From the NCBI GenBank assembly GCA_044370205.1, contig JBILVW010000002.1, forward strand, positions 1-36,829: DNA of 36,829 nucleotides. Direction: 5' to 3'. Numbering within the stretch: position 1 is the stretch's first letter; each line of letters begins with the position of its first letter. Of the stretch, positions 25,864-34,293 are shown in pieces. The position numbers were made by a program, and so were the translations under genes. The stretch is from Pirellulales bacterium (GTDB lineage: Bacteria; Planctomycetota; Planctomycetia; Pirellulales; UBA1268). The notes below the pieces were generated by a model, which had not been told where the DNA came from, made no database searches, and saw nothing but the letters and a program-made list of their open reading frames with translations.

Positions 25864-26823
25864 ATGGTGAAGCGGATTCTGGTGACCGGCGCGGCGGGGT
25901 TCATCGGCTCGCACGTGGCCGAGAGGCTGCTCGAGCGGGGCGACGAGGTCGTCGGCCTCGACGAACTGAACGACTACTACCCGGTCGCCTACAAGCGGGA
26001 AAATCTCGAGTTGCTCGCGCGGCATCCGCGGTTCTCGTTCGTGGAAGGCGACATCTGCGACCGGCGGCTCCTCGCCAAGGTGTTCGCGACGCGGCGGTTC
26101 ACCCACCTGGCCCATCTCGCGGCCCGGGCCGGCGTCCGCCCGTCGATCACCGATCCCTTCCTCTATCAGCGGGCCAACTGCGACGGCACGCTCGCGCTGC
26201 TCGCGGCCTGCGTCGGCGCGGGGCTCGAGAACGTGGTCGTGACGAGTTCGTCGTCGGTCTACGGCAACTCGCGGGCGATCCCCTTCCGCGAGGACGACTC
26301 CGCCACCGACCGTCCGATCTCCCCCTACGCCGCCACGAAGAAGGCGACCGAGGTGATGAGCCACACGTTTCATCACCTTCACGGGCTCAATGTCACCGTC
26401 ATCCGGCCCTTCACGGTGTACGGGCCCCGGGGCCGGCCCGACATGGCCCCCTGGCTCTTTGTGGAGTCGGCCCTGCACGGTAAGCCGATCCGCAAGTTCG
26501 GCGACGGCACCACCCGCCGCGACTACACATTCATCGGCGACTTCGCCCAAGGGTTCGTCAATGCGATCGACCGGCCGCTCGGCTACGAGATCGTGAACCT
26601 GGGCAACTCGGCTACCGTCTCGCTCAACGAGGCGCTCGACGTGGTGCGGGAGGTGACCGGCAGGGAGCTGGTGATCGAACAGGCCCCGCCACAGCCGGGC
26701 GACGTGGAGATCACCAACGCCGATATTTCGAAGGCCCGCCGGCTGCTCGAGTACGACCCCGGGACCTCGTTCCGCGAGGGCATGGCCCGGTTCTGCGAGT
26801 GGTACCGCCGGACGCGGCTGTAA
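25864..26823 (+). CDS. NAD-dependent nucleotide-sugar epimerase/dehydratase (UDP-glucuronate 4-epimerase-like SDR), 319 aa
   Basis: MVKRILVTGAAGFIGSHV (Rossmann GxxGxxG), TSSSSVYGN and YAATKKATE (YxxxK). GGAGG lies just upstream of the ATG at 25864. Confidence 0.9.
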   Translation: MVKRILVTGAAGFIGSHVAERLLERGDEVVGLDELNDYYPVAYKRENLELLARHPRFSFVEGDICDRRLLAKVFATRRFTHLAHLAARAGVRPSITDPFLYQRANCDGTLALLAACVGAGLENVVVTSSSSVYGNSRAIPFREDDSATDRPISPYAATKKATEVMSHTFHHLHGLNVTVIRPFTVYGPRGRPDMAPWLFVESALHGKPIRKFGDGTTRRDYTFIGDFAQGFVNAIDRPLGYEIVNLGNSATVSLNEALDVVREVTGRELVIEQAPPQPGDVEITNADISKARRLLEYDPGTSFREGMARFCEWYRRTRL

Positions 26824-26850
26824 CCGGAGTACAAGACCCGGCAGAAAGAA

Positions 26851-26924
26851 TGGGCGATATAGGACTCGAACCTATGACCCCCAGCTTGTCGAGCTGGTGC
26901 TCTAACCAACTGAGCTAATCGCCC
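26851..26924 (-). tRNA. tRNA-Val (anticodon GAC), 74 nt, CCA not encoded
   Basis: The reverse complement folds by hand as a cloverleaf:
- acceptor stem GGGCGAT/ATCGCCC plus discriminator A
- D arm GCTC-AGTTGGTTA-GAGC
- anticodon arm CCAGC-TCGACAA-GCTGG (anticodon GAC)
- variable loop GGGTC
- T arm ATAGG-TTCGAGT-CCTAT. Confidence 0.95.
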
Positions 26925-27126
26925 GCAGAGTCGGCATTGAGAGTCTCGCGCGTGAATCGGGGCCAGTCAAGCGACGCCCCCGCCCCGCCCCGAAACCAGG
27001 CCCGAACCGCCCCTGAAGCCGCGGCGTTCGGCTTGCCCCGGCCGCGCCGCGGCCGCTACGCTCCGGGTGTGCCGGTGTTTCGCCTCGCGTTCGCCCCGAG
27101 TACCCGCATTTTCCGCACAGGCCATC

Positions 27127-29142
27127 ATGACCCACGTCCGCCTCGCCGATGGATCCGTTCGTGAGTTTCCCCCAACGGCCCGTGTGGCCGACGTCGTGGC
27201 CAATGCCGCCGGCGGAAACAAGAAAAAGCAGCCGATCGCGGCCGTGCTCGACGGCAAGACCGTGGGGCTCGACGCGCCGCTGCCCACCGCCGGAGAGGTG
27301 GCCGTCGAGCCGCTCTTCGCCGGTGATCCGCGGGCCCTGCCCGTGATGCGTCACTCCGCGGCCCACGTCATGGCCCGGGCCGTGATGCGACTCTTCGAAG
27401 GGGTCGAACTCGCCTTCGGCCCCACGGTGGGCGAAGGCTTTTATTACGACATGCGGGCCGCCCGCCCGATCACCGACGAGGACCTGCCGGCGATCGAGGC
27501 CGAGATGAAGCGGATCATCGAGGCCGACGAAGCCTTCGAGCGGGTGGAGGTGCCGCGCACGAAGGCCGTCGAGATCGTCCGCGACCTCGACCAGCCGCTG
27601 AAGGTCGAGCACATCGAGACCGGCCTCTCGGAGCATCCCACGCTCTCGTTCTACCGGCAGGGTGAATTCGTCGATCTCTGCCGCGGCCCCCACGTGCCGA
27701 GCCCCGGCTGCATCGGAGCCTTCAAGCTCACGAACATCGCCGGCGCCTACTGGAAGGGGGACGCCAACAACGCCCAGCTCCAGCGGCTCTACGGCACCGC
27801 CTGGTTTTCGCAGGCCGATCTCGATGCCCACCTCGCCGCCCTCGAAGAGGCCCGCCGCCGCGACCATCGCGTGCTCGGCAAGCAGCTCGATCTGTTCACC
27901 ACGAGTCCGCTCGTCGGCTCCGGCCTCGTGCTCTGGATGCCGAAGGGCGCGACGCTGCGAAGCACGCTCGAGAGCTTCGTCCGCGACGAGCTGGCGGCCC
28001 GCGGCTACCAGCCGGTCTACACGCCCCACATCGGCAAGGTCGATCTCTACAAGATATCGGGGCACTATCCCTACTACGCCGACAGCCAGTTCAAGCCGAT
28101 CGTGATGAGCGACGACGAGCAGTATCTGTTGAAACCCATGAACTGCCCGCATCACACGATGATCTACAAGGCCCGGCCCCACAGCTACAAGGATCTGCCG
28201 CTGCGGCTGGCCGAGTTCGGCACGGTCTACCGCTACGAGCAGTCGGGTGAACTCGGCGGCATGACGCGGGTCCGCGGATTCACGCAGGACGACGCCCACA
28301 TCTTCTGCACGCCCGAGCAGGTGGAGCAGGAGGTGGAGGGCTGCATCGACTTCACGCTGAAGGTGCTCGAGAGCCTCGCCTTCGACAACTTCCGCGTGCG
28401 GCTCGGGTTCCGCGATCCGACCAGCGACAAATACGTGGGCCCGCCGGAGCGGTGGGCCGAGGCCGAGGCCGCGATCGAGCGGGTGGCCCGCCGGATGAAC
28501 CTGCCGGGCTGCGAGCCCGAGCCGGGCGAGGCCGCCTTCTACGGGCCGAAGATCGACTTCGTCGTGAATGACTCGCTGGGCCGCGAGTGGCAGCTCGGCA
28601 CCGTGCAGCTCGACTACAACCTGCCGAGCGCCGAGCGGTTCGACTGCGAATACATCGGAGCCGACAACGCCAAGCACCGGCCCGTGATGATCCACCGGGC
28701 GCCGCTCGGCTCGTTGGAACGGTTCGTGGGCGTGCTCATCGAGCACTTCGCCGGGGCGTTTCCACTTTGGCTCGCGCCCGAGCAGGTGCGGGTGATCCCG
28801 GTGAGCGAGAAGAGCGAGGCCTATGCCCAGCAGGTGAAGGCGAAGCTCGAGGCGGCCGGCCTCCGCACCGGCATCGACCTCGCCGCAGAAAAGCTCGGCG
28901 CCAAGATCCGCACGGCGCAGCTGGAACTCATTCCGATGATGGTTGTCTGCGGCCCGCGGGACGAGGCGGCGGGCACGGTGAGCCTCCGCGACCGGGTGGA
29001 TGGCGATCTGGGAGCGATGAGCCTCGACGCGGCGATCGAGCGGCTGCGGGACGAAAACGCCCGCCGCGCGGTCCGCCACAAGCCGAAGCCCTTGGCGCTG
29101 CCGAGCAACTCGGCCGCTGCTGAAGGCGGCGCCGACTATTGA
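27127..29142 (+). CDS. thrS: Threonine--tRNA ligase, 671 aa
   Basis: - TGS-like N-terminus ([14 protein letters not shown]).
- Editing-domain HSAAHVMA.
- Class II core blocks: [70 protein letters not shown].
I trimmed the track ORF to the ATG at 27127. Confidence 0.97.
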   Translation: MTHVRLADGSVREFPPTARVADVVANAAGGNKKKQPIAAVLDGKTVGLDAPLPTAGEVAVEPLFAGDPRALPVMRHSAAHVMARAVMRLFEGVELAFGPTVGEGFYYDMRAARPITDEDLPAIEAEMKRIIEADEAFERVEVPRTKAVEIVRDLDQPLKVEHIETGLSEHPTLSFYRQGEFVDLCRGPHVPSPGCIGAFKLTNIAGAYWKGDANNAQLQRLYGTAWFSQADLDAHLAALEEARRRDHRVLGKQLDLFTTSPLVGSGLVLWMPKGATLRSTLESFVRDELAARGYQPVYTPHIGKVDLYKISGHYPYYADSQFKPIVMSDDEQYLLKPMNCPHHTMIYKARPHSYKDLPLRLAEFGTVYRYEQSGELGGMTRVRGFTQDDAHIFCTPEQVEQEVEGCIDFTLKVLESLAFDNFRVRLGFRDPTSDKYVGPPERWAEAEAAIERVARRMNLPGCEPEPGEAAFYGPKIDFVVNDSLGREWQLGTVQLDYNLPSAERFDCEYIGADNAKHRPVMIHRAPLGSLERFVGVLIEHFAGAFPLWLAPEQVRVIPVSEKSEAYAQQVKAKLEAAGLRTGIDLAAEKLGAKIRTAQLELIPMMVVCGPRDEAAGTVSLRDRVDGDLGAMSLDAAIERLRDENARRAVRHKPKPLALPSNSAAAEGGADY

Positions 29143-29150
29143 AGCCAGCG

Positions 29151-29537
29151 ATGCCGCGCTTCGCGATCCTCGAACACACCGGCGCCCCGGACGACCCCGC
29201 CGGGCGGCACTACGACCTCTTGCTGGAGGCGGCCGATGCCTGCCGCACCTGGCGGCTGGCCGAAATTCCAAAACCCGGCGGGCCACCGGTGACCGCCGTC
29301 GAACTCCCGCCGCACCGCCTCGCCTGGCTCGACCACATCGCCGGCGAAGTCTCGGGTGGCCGCGGATTTGCCCGCCGCGTGGACGCCGGGGACTATCGGA
29401 TCGTGACGAGCGACGCAGCCACACTCATGGCGGCAACGCGGTGCACGATCACCGTCACATCCCCGTTTCTTCCGCCGCAAATCGAACTGGAGCGACAGAG
29501 TCAGGATTGGGCCGTATGCGGATCGCCGCGCCGCTGA
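29151..29537 (+). CDS. Small stand-alone LigD_N-like (DNA ligase D 3'-phosphoesterase-like) domain protein, 128 aa
   Basis: [11 protein letters not shown]...GRHYDLLLE...TWRL...[35 protein letters not shown] resembles the LigD phosphoesterase pattern (FViqeH.a..lHYDlRLE...SWAvp...edHpl.Y..FEG.i..g.YG.G.v..wD.G.y). The ATG at 29151 lies 8 nt after the thrS stop. The track start at 29139 is a TTG that overlaps the thrS stop. Confidence 0.55.
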   Translation: MPRFAILEHTGAPDDPAGRHYDLLLEAADACRTWRLAEIPKPGGPPVTAVELPPHRLAWLDHIAGEVSGGRGFARRVDAGDYRIVTSDAATLMAATRCTITVTSPFLPPQIELERQSQDWAVCGSPRR

Positions 29538-29583
29538 TGCCTTCCGCCGGAGGTATCATACGTCTCTCCCAGGAGAGCAATCC

Positions 29584-30996
29584 ATGACGCCCCGTGAAGT
29601 GCTCGCGATGTGCCGCGAGAAGGAAGTGAAGGCGGTCGATCTCAGGTTCACCGATTTTCTCGGGGCCTGGCAGCACTTCACCATCCCCGTCGGCAAGCTC
29701 GAGGAAGACACGTTTTCCGACGGTCTCGGCTTCGACGGCTCGAGCATCCGCGGCTGGCAGGCGGTCAACGAGAGCGACATGCTCCTCGTGCCGGTGCCCG
29801 ACACCGCCGTCGTCGACCCGTTCGCCCAGATCCCCACGCTCGTGATGATCTGCATGGTGCAGGACCCGATCACGCGGGAGGACTACTCCCGCGACCCGCG
29901 GAACATCGCCCGCAAGGCGGTGAACTACCTCAAGAGCACGGGCATCGCCGACACCTGCTTCATCGGCCCCGAGGCCGAGTTCTTCGTGTTCGACGACGTG
30001 CGGTTCGACCAGAACGCCCACGAGGGCTACTTCCATCTCGACTCGATGGAGGCCGAGTGGAACCGCGGTCGGGCCGAGGGACCGAACCTCGGCTACAAAC
30101 TGCGGCACAAGGAGGGCTACTTCCCCTGCGCGCCCTCCGACCAACTCATGGACATCCGCAACGAGATGATGCTGACGATGATCCAGTGCGGCATCGACGT
30201 GGAAGCCCAGCACCATGAGGTGGCCACTGCGGGCCAGTGCGAGATCGACATGCGGTTTCAGGAGCTCGTCCGCATGGCCGACCAGATGTGCCTCTACAAG
30301 TACATCGTGCGAAACGTGGCCCGGCGGCACGGCAAGACCGCCACGTTCATGCCGAAGCCGATCTACGGCGACAACGGCTCGGGGATGCACACCCACATCT
30401 CGCTCTGGAAGGACGGCCACCCGCTCTTCGCCGGCACGGGCTACGCCGGACTCTCCGAGATGGCACTCCACGCGATCGGCGGCATCCTCCGCCACGCGCC
30501 GGCCATCCTCGCCATCTCCAACCCCACCACCAACAGCTATAAGCGGCTCGTGCCCGGCTACGAGGCGCCCGTGAACCTCGCCTACTCGCAGCGAAATCGT
30601 TCCGCAAGCTGCCGCATCCCGATGTACTCGGCGAGCCCGAAGACGAAGCGGGTGGAGTTCCGCTGTCCCGATCCCACCTGCAACCCCTATCTCGCGTTCG
30701 CGGCGATCCTCCTGGCGGCGATCGACGGCATCCAGAACAAACTCCACCCCGGCGATCCGCTCGACCGCGACATCTACGACATGCCGCCCGAGGAGTTGGC
30801 AAACGTTCCGAAGGCCCCCGGCTCGCTCGACGAGGCGCTTGACTCGCTCGAGCAGGATTCAGACTTCCTCCTCCGCGGCGACGTGTTCACCGACGACGTG
30901 ATCGCCACCTGGCTGAAGTGGAAGCGCGAGAAGGAAATCGATCCGATGCGGCTCCGCCCGCATCCGTACGAGTTCTGTCTGTATTACGACGCGTGA
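29584..30996 (+). CDS. glnA: Glutamine synthetase type I, 470 aa
   Basis: Blocks: [84 protein letters not shown] lies 7 nt upstream of the ATG. Confidence 0.97.
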   Translation: MTPREVLAMCREKEVKAVDLRFTDFLGAWQHFTIPVGKLEEDTFSDGLGFDGSSIRGWQAVNESDMLLVPVPDTAVVDPFAQIPTLVMICMVQDPITREDYSRDPRNIARKAVNYLKSTGIADTCFIGPEAEFFVFDDVRFDQNAHEGYFHLDSMEAEWNRGRAEGPNLGYKLRHKEGYFPCAPSDQLMDIRNEMMLTMIQCGIDVEAQHHEVATAGQCEIDMRFQELVRMADQMCLYKYIVRNVARRHGKTATFMPKPIYGDNGSGMHTHISLWKDGHPLFAGTGYAGLSEMALHAIGGILRHAPAILAISNPTTNSYKRLVPGYEAPVNLAYSQRNRSASCRIPMYSASPKTKRVEFRCPDPTCNPYLAFAAILLAAIDGIQNKLHPGDPLDRDIYDMPPEELANVPKAPGSLDEALDSLEQDSDFLLRGDVFTDDVIATWLKWKREKEIDPMRLRPHPYEFCLYYDA

Positions 30997-31034
30997 CGCA
31001 ACGGCGGTTGACTGAATCTCAACTTGCCCAACCC

Positions 31035-31175
31035 GGCTTCGGACTAGCCAACCCCTCTCGCCGGACGTTCGCTTCAGCCATCCTGGCTTTCGCTCACTCG
31101 ATGCTGCCTGCGCTCCGCCATCCATGGCTGCGCTGGTCAGCAACGCCGGCTCAAGGGAACGGCTAGCCCGAAGCC
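31035..31175 (-). repeat. Interspersed hairpin-flanked repeat, copy 2 (141 bp, inverted relative to copy 1)
   Basis: The arms GGCTTCGGACTAGCC (31035-31049) and GGCTAGCCCGAAGCC (31161-31175) are complementary at 14 of 15 positions. By hand alignment, the reverse-complemented core matches copy 1 at roughly nine in ten positions over about 105 bp. Confidence 0.8.
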
Positions 31176-31206
31176 TCGTCCTCTGCAATTCAATGGAGAG
31201 AGGATC

Positions 31207-31337
31207 GGGGTTGCCCATGCCCTCGAGCGGGCTGTGGGAGCAAGCGAAGCCATGGATGGCGAAGCGCAGCGGACACGCAGAGAGCGGAGGGCTGGAGGCC
31301 CGCAGCGAACGTCCGGCGAGAGGGCATGGGCAATCCC
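31207..31337 (+). repeat. Interspersed hairpin-flanked repeat, copy 3 (131 bp, more diverged)
   Basis: The arms GGGGTTGCCCATGCCCTC (31207-31224) and GAGGGCATGGGCAATCCC (31320-31337) are complementary at 17 of 18 positions. The core shares AGCCATGGATGGCGAAGCGCAG...AGCGAACGTCCGGCGAGA with copies 1 and 2. Confidence 0.75.
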
Positions 31338-31455
31338 GAGCCGGGTTTGGCGTGCCGAGGTAACAGCCTCGAGCCCGTCCTACCAGCAGGGCTGGGGAGA
31401 CACAGCGGGCATGAATGCCTTTCAAGGGTGGGTGGAAAGAAGGACGCCTATCGGC

Positions 31456-32625
31456 TCAGCGGAGCGTCGGGGCCCACGCATGGGTGAGGTGGTGGATGAT
31501 GCCGGCGATCGCGCCCTGCCGCTTGCTCGACTTCGTGGCCACGATCGTGCAATCGGCGAGCGACGCCGTGAGCGTCCGCTGCTTCACCCGCTCGAGTACC
31601 CGGGCAAACCGGTCGGGCGAGCCGGCCAGCATCGCACCGTGCACGAAGAGCGCCGTGGGGTTGAAGATGTTGATCACCGCCGCGATCGCGATGGCGAGGT
31701 ATTCCGTCACCGTCCGCAGCTCGTGCTGGAAATCGCCGGCCCGCGTGTCGAGCAGCACCACGGCCTCGGCAAGGTCGATCCTCCGGCCCAGCTTCTCCCC
31801 CAGCAGCCGCAGCAGGGCGGCGTCGGTGGCGAGCGTCTCCAAGCAGCCACGGTTGCCGCAGCCGCACCGCGCGCCGTCCGGCACGATGGTGATGTGGCCG
31901 ACCTCGCCCGCCATGCCGCTGTGGCCGGCCAAGAGCCGGCCACCGCTCATCACGCCCAGGCCCAGGCCGGTGGCGGCATCGAGCACGGCGAAGTCGTCGA
32001 GGTCGCGGGCGTCGCCATACATCCGCTCGCCGAGCACGAGGGCGTCGCTCTCCTGCACGAGCAGGCAGGGAACTCGGAGCCGGGATTCGAGCTCACGAGC
32101 CGGATTGTGCTTGTCGAGCAGATGCAGGTTCGGTGAAAACACGATCTCCTCGAGCCGCTCGTTGATGAGTCCCGGCACGCTCACGCCGACACCATGCAGC
32201 ATCGACTGCCGCCCGGTCACGAGTTCCTGGCACGCCGCCTCGACCGCATCGAGCAGGGTGGAATGTTTCGCGGGTGTGGCGAACCGCACGGTCCGCTCGT
32301 CCGTCACCGTGCCGTCGAGCCCCGTCGCCGCCACGCAACTTGTTCCCGCATCGATCACGACGCCGAGCACGGCGGCCGAGTCCGCAGCCATCCGCACCAG
32401 CCGCCCCGGCCGGCCGAGCGCCTGCTCGACCGGCTCGAGTTCCTCTACGAGCCCGCGCTTCAGTAGCGAATCGACGGCCTTCGAGACGGTCGGTGCCGTG
32501 AGCCCCGAGACGCGGGTCAGTGCCGCCCGTGACGAGGGACCATGCCGCTGGATCGCCTCGAGCAGCCGCCGTTCGTTGATTCGCCGCAGGAGCGTCGATT
32601 CGACGCGATTGCCGTGGGTGTTCAT
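31456..32625 (-). CDS. ROK family transcriptional regulator (NagC/XylR-like), 389 aa
   Basis: N-terminal winged HTH (RRLLEAIQRHGPSSRAALTRVSGLTAPTVSKAVDSLLKRGLV), the ROK sugar-kinase-like fold, and the zinc motif CGCGNRGCLE. Confidence 0.9.
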   Translation of the reverse strand: MNTHGNRVESTLLRRINERRLLEAIQRHGPSSRAALTRVSGLTAPTVSKAVDSLLKRGLVEELEPVEQALGRPGRLVRMAADSAAVLGVVIDAGTSCVAATGLDGTVTDERTVRFATPAKHSTLLDAVEAACQELVTGRQSMLHGVGVSVPGLINERLEEIVFSPNLHLLDKHNPARELESRLRVPCLLVQESDALVLGERMYGDARDLDDFAVLDAATGLGLGVMSGGRLLAGHSGMAGEVGHITIVPDGARCGCGNRGCLETLATDAALLRLLGEKLGRRIDLAEAVVLLDTRAGDFQHELRTVTEYLAIAIAAVINIFNPTALFVHGAMLAGSPDRFARVLERVKQRTLTASLADCTIVATKSSKRQGAIAGIIHHLTHAWAPTLR

Positions 32626-32638
32626 CGGGGATGGGAAC

Positions 32639-33871
32639 TCACCGCGTGCCGAATCGATGCACCATGGTGTGGCGGTAGGTCTGGCCGGGCTCGAGCCGTA
32701 TGCTCGGCCAGTCGGGATGATGAATGGCGTCGGGATACTTCTGCGTCTCGAGGCAGACCGCCGCCTGCTTGCCGTAGGCCACGCCCCCCTTACCCTTCAC
32801 GCTGCCATCGAGGTAGTTGCCCGTGTAGACCTGGATGCCGGGCTGGTCGCTGAGCACTTCGAGCGTCCGGCCGCTCGCGGGATCGCGGAGCAGGGCGACC
32901 GACCGTAGACTCCCGTCGGGCTTCCAGCCGCGGATCACGAAATTGTGGTCGATGCCCCCCGGGCTCTTGCCGTCGGCGGATGGCCGCAGTCCGGCGATCG
33001 CTGCGGCCAGCCGTGGCCGCGGCTGCCGCTCGGGCCGGAGATCGAACGGCGTGCCGGCGACCTCGGCGAACTCGCCGGTCGGGATGCTGCCCGCGTCCAC
33101 AGGAAGGTAGGTGTCGGCGGCGACGGTGAGCTCGTGGTCTCCGATCGTGCCGGCCGCGTGCCCGGCGAGATTCCAGTAGGAATGGTGCACCATGTTGATG
33201 ATCGTCGGTGCATCGGTCGTCGCCGACATCTCGACCCACAGTTCACCGTCGGGCGTGAGCGTGTAGGTGACCTTCGCCTTCACCCCGCCTGGATAGCCTT
33301 CATCGCCGTCTGGCGACACGACTTCGAAATCGACCGCGGGGCCGCGATCCGAAAGCCGCGGCGTCGCCTTCCAGAGCTTCTTGTCGAACCCGACGACACC
33401 GCCATGCAGATGGTTGTCGCCGTTGTTCCTGGCGAGCGTGTACCGCTTGCCGTCGAGGTCGAACGTGCCGCCGGCAATCCGATTGGAAACCCGGCCACAG
33501 GTCGCGCCGAAGTAGGGATGGCCCGCCACATAGCCGGCGAGCGAATCACACCCGAGGACGACATCGACTGGCTTCGCGTCAGCACCCGCGGCCAGCGGTA
33601 CCTGGAAACTCGTGAGGATGGCACCGTAATCGGTGATCTCGGCCCGCCAGCCGCCCGGAACTTCCAGCGTGTAGAGCGAGACGGCCCTGCCGTCGGGGAG
33701 CGAACCGAACGGGCGAGCAGTGGGCATGTGCAGAGCGGGCGGCATGGGCGAAGCGGCCTCCGAGCGGGTGACGACGAACGCCTCAAGACCGGCCACCGCC
33801 AGCAACGCGACCGCGATGACGCTGATACCTCGACGGTGTTGCAGGAAGGCTGGCGATGGAGACGCAAACAT
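32639..33871 (-). CDS. galM: Aldose 1-epimerase (galactose mutarotase) with an N-terminal signal/anchor, 410 aa
   Basis: Blocks: ITDYGAILTSFQVP, DVVLGCDSLAGYV, YFGATCGRVSNRIAGGTFDLDGKRYTLARNNGDNHLHGG, GFDKKLW, HHSYWNL, LETQKYPDAI. I trimmed the track GTG at 33898 to the ATG at 33869-33871. The gene ends 13 nt upstream of the ROK gene. Confidence 0.88.
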   Translation of the reverse strand: MFASPSPAFLQHRRGISVIAVALLAVAGLEAFVVTRSEAASPMPPALHMPTARPFGSLPDGRAVSLYTLEVPGGWRAEITDYGAILTSFQVPLAAGADAKPVDVVLGCDSLAGYVAGHPYFGATCGRVSNRIAGGTFDLDGKRYTLARNNGDNHLHGGVVGFDKKLWKATPRLSDRGPAVDFEVVSPDGDEGYPGGVKAKVTYTLTPDGELWVEMSATTDAPTIINMVHHSYWNLAGHAAGTIGDHELTVAADTYLPVDAGSIPTGEFAEVAGTPFDLRPERQPRPRLAAAIAGLRPSADGKSPGGIDHNFVIRGWKPDGSLRSVALLRDPASGRTLEVLSDQPGIQVYTGNYLDGSVKGKGGVAYGKQAAVCLETQKYPDAIHHPDWPSIRLEPGQTYRHTMVHRFGTR

Positions 33872-33904
33872 AGTGGGGGTACTTTCCACTGAGAACACAT
33901 AAGT

Positions 33905-33932
33905 TTGACACTTACTTAACGACGTTTAGGAT
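33905..33932 (+). promoter_or_regulatory. Near-consensus sigma-70-like promoter in an AT-rich patch, pointing rightwards
   Basis: TTGACA (33905-33910), a 16-nt spacer, then TAGGAT (33927-33932). It sits inside the only clearly AT-rich stretch of this part of the window (about 33899-33960). Confidence 0.3.
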
Positions 33933-34044
33933 ACAGAAGAATCCGGGTTTCGTGAAGGATCGCCGATGCTTTGCCCTTTCCTGCTCACTTGCTGCTCCGG
34001 TTCACATGCCCTCCCGGCGTTTACATACGTGGTCGGCTTGCTCG

Positions 34045-34293
34045 GCGGAATCTGCCGGTGCCGGCGGCGGCATCAAGGGGGGCGTGAGCGTGGGCGAGAC
34101 CGACGAGCTGGGCTCGGCGGCGATCACGCCGACGCACGACGGCAAGGCCGGCTTCCACGTGAAGAGCCTGCACGCCACGGTGCTCCACCAGCTGGGCCTC
34201 GATCCCAACCGGCTCGCCTACTTCTTCGGCGGCCTTGACCAAAAGCTCGTGGGTGTCGAGCACGTCGATCCGATCCGTGAAATCCTCGCCTAG
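34045..34293 (+). pseudogene. 5'-truncated remnant of a DUF1501-family gene (C-terminal ~80 codons only)
   Basis: GAGGGIKGGVSVGETDELGSAAI...HVKSLHATVLHQLGLDPNRLAYFFGGLDQKLVGVEHVDPIREILA* parallels the C-terminus of the intact DUF1501 gene at the right edge ([45 protein letters not shown]). As I recall, full-length family members are around 400-plus aa. Upstream of about 34045 the frame reads as non-homologous text (MKDRRCFALSCSLAAPVHMPSRRLHTW). Confidence 0.6.

Noticed and set aside
25622-25870. Small ORFs 25622..25870, 30859..31425 and 31124..31363 sharing peptides such as AQAASSERKPGWLKR
   Set aside because: The shared peptides arise because the ORFs run through copies of the same DNA repeat in intergenic regions. 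There is no SD or start context, and orientation is inconsistent relative to the repeat. I treat them as repeat-derived rather than as proteins.
24457-26550. 697-aa fused ORF, and the similar fused track ORFs 34290..36629, 8152..9408, 8790..10436 and 5348..6334
   Set aside because: Only the C-terminal parts show protein-family motifs. The N-terminal extensions overlap neighbouring genes or intergenic repeats and read as low-complexity text. I trimmed them to internal ATGs with better context. The track also counts GTG and TTG as M (verified at 8112, 16736, 23263, 29139, 33898 and 36519).
26825-27126. tRNA-Val flank, considered as a prophage or integrative-element attachment site; also the 9-bp inverted repeat GCCGCGGCG/CGCCGCGGC at 27018-27053
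   Set aside because: The window contains no integrase, excisionase, phage genes or duplicated tRNA 3' segment. The inverted repeat is GC-only and could arise by chance in this composition.
26902-29424. 840-aa minus-strand ORF antisense to thrS. Similar cases: 29455..30747 antisense to glnA, 31415..32908 antisense to the ROK gene, 24526..25812 antisense to GT4, and 7288..8523 antisense to tssM/tssL.
   Set aside because: The opposite strands encode highly conserved proteins with textbook motifs. These ORFs are GC-driven artefacts.
25626-31337. The three repeat copies, considered as a possible CRISPR array
   Set aside because: The copies are more than 130 bp long, lie in two loci 5 kb apart, have mixed orientation, and lack regular short spacers or nearby cas genes.
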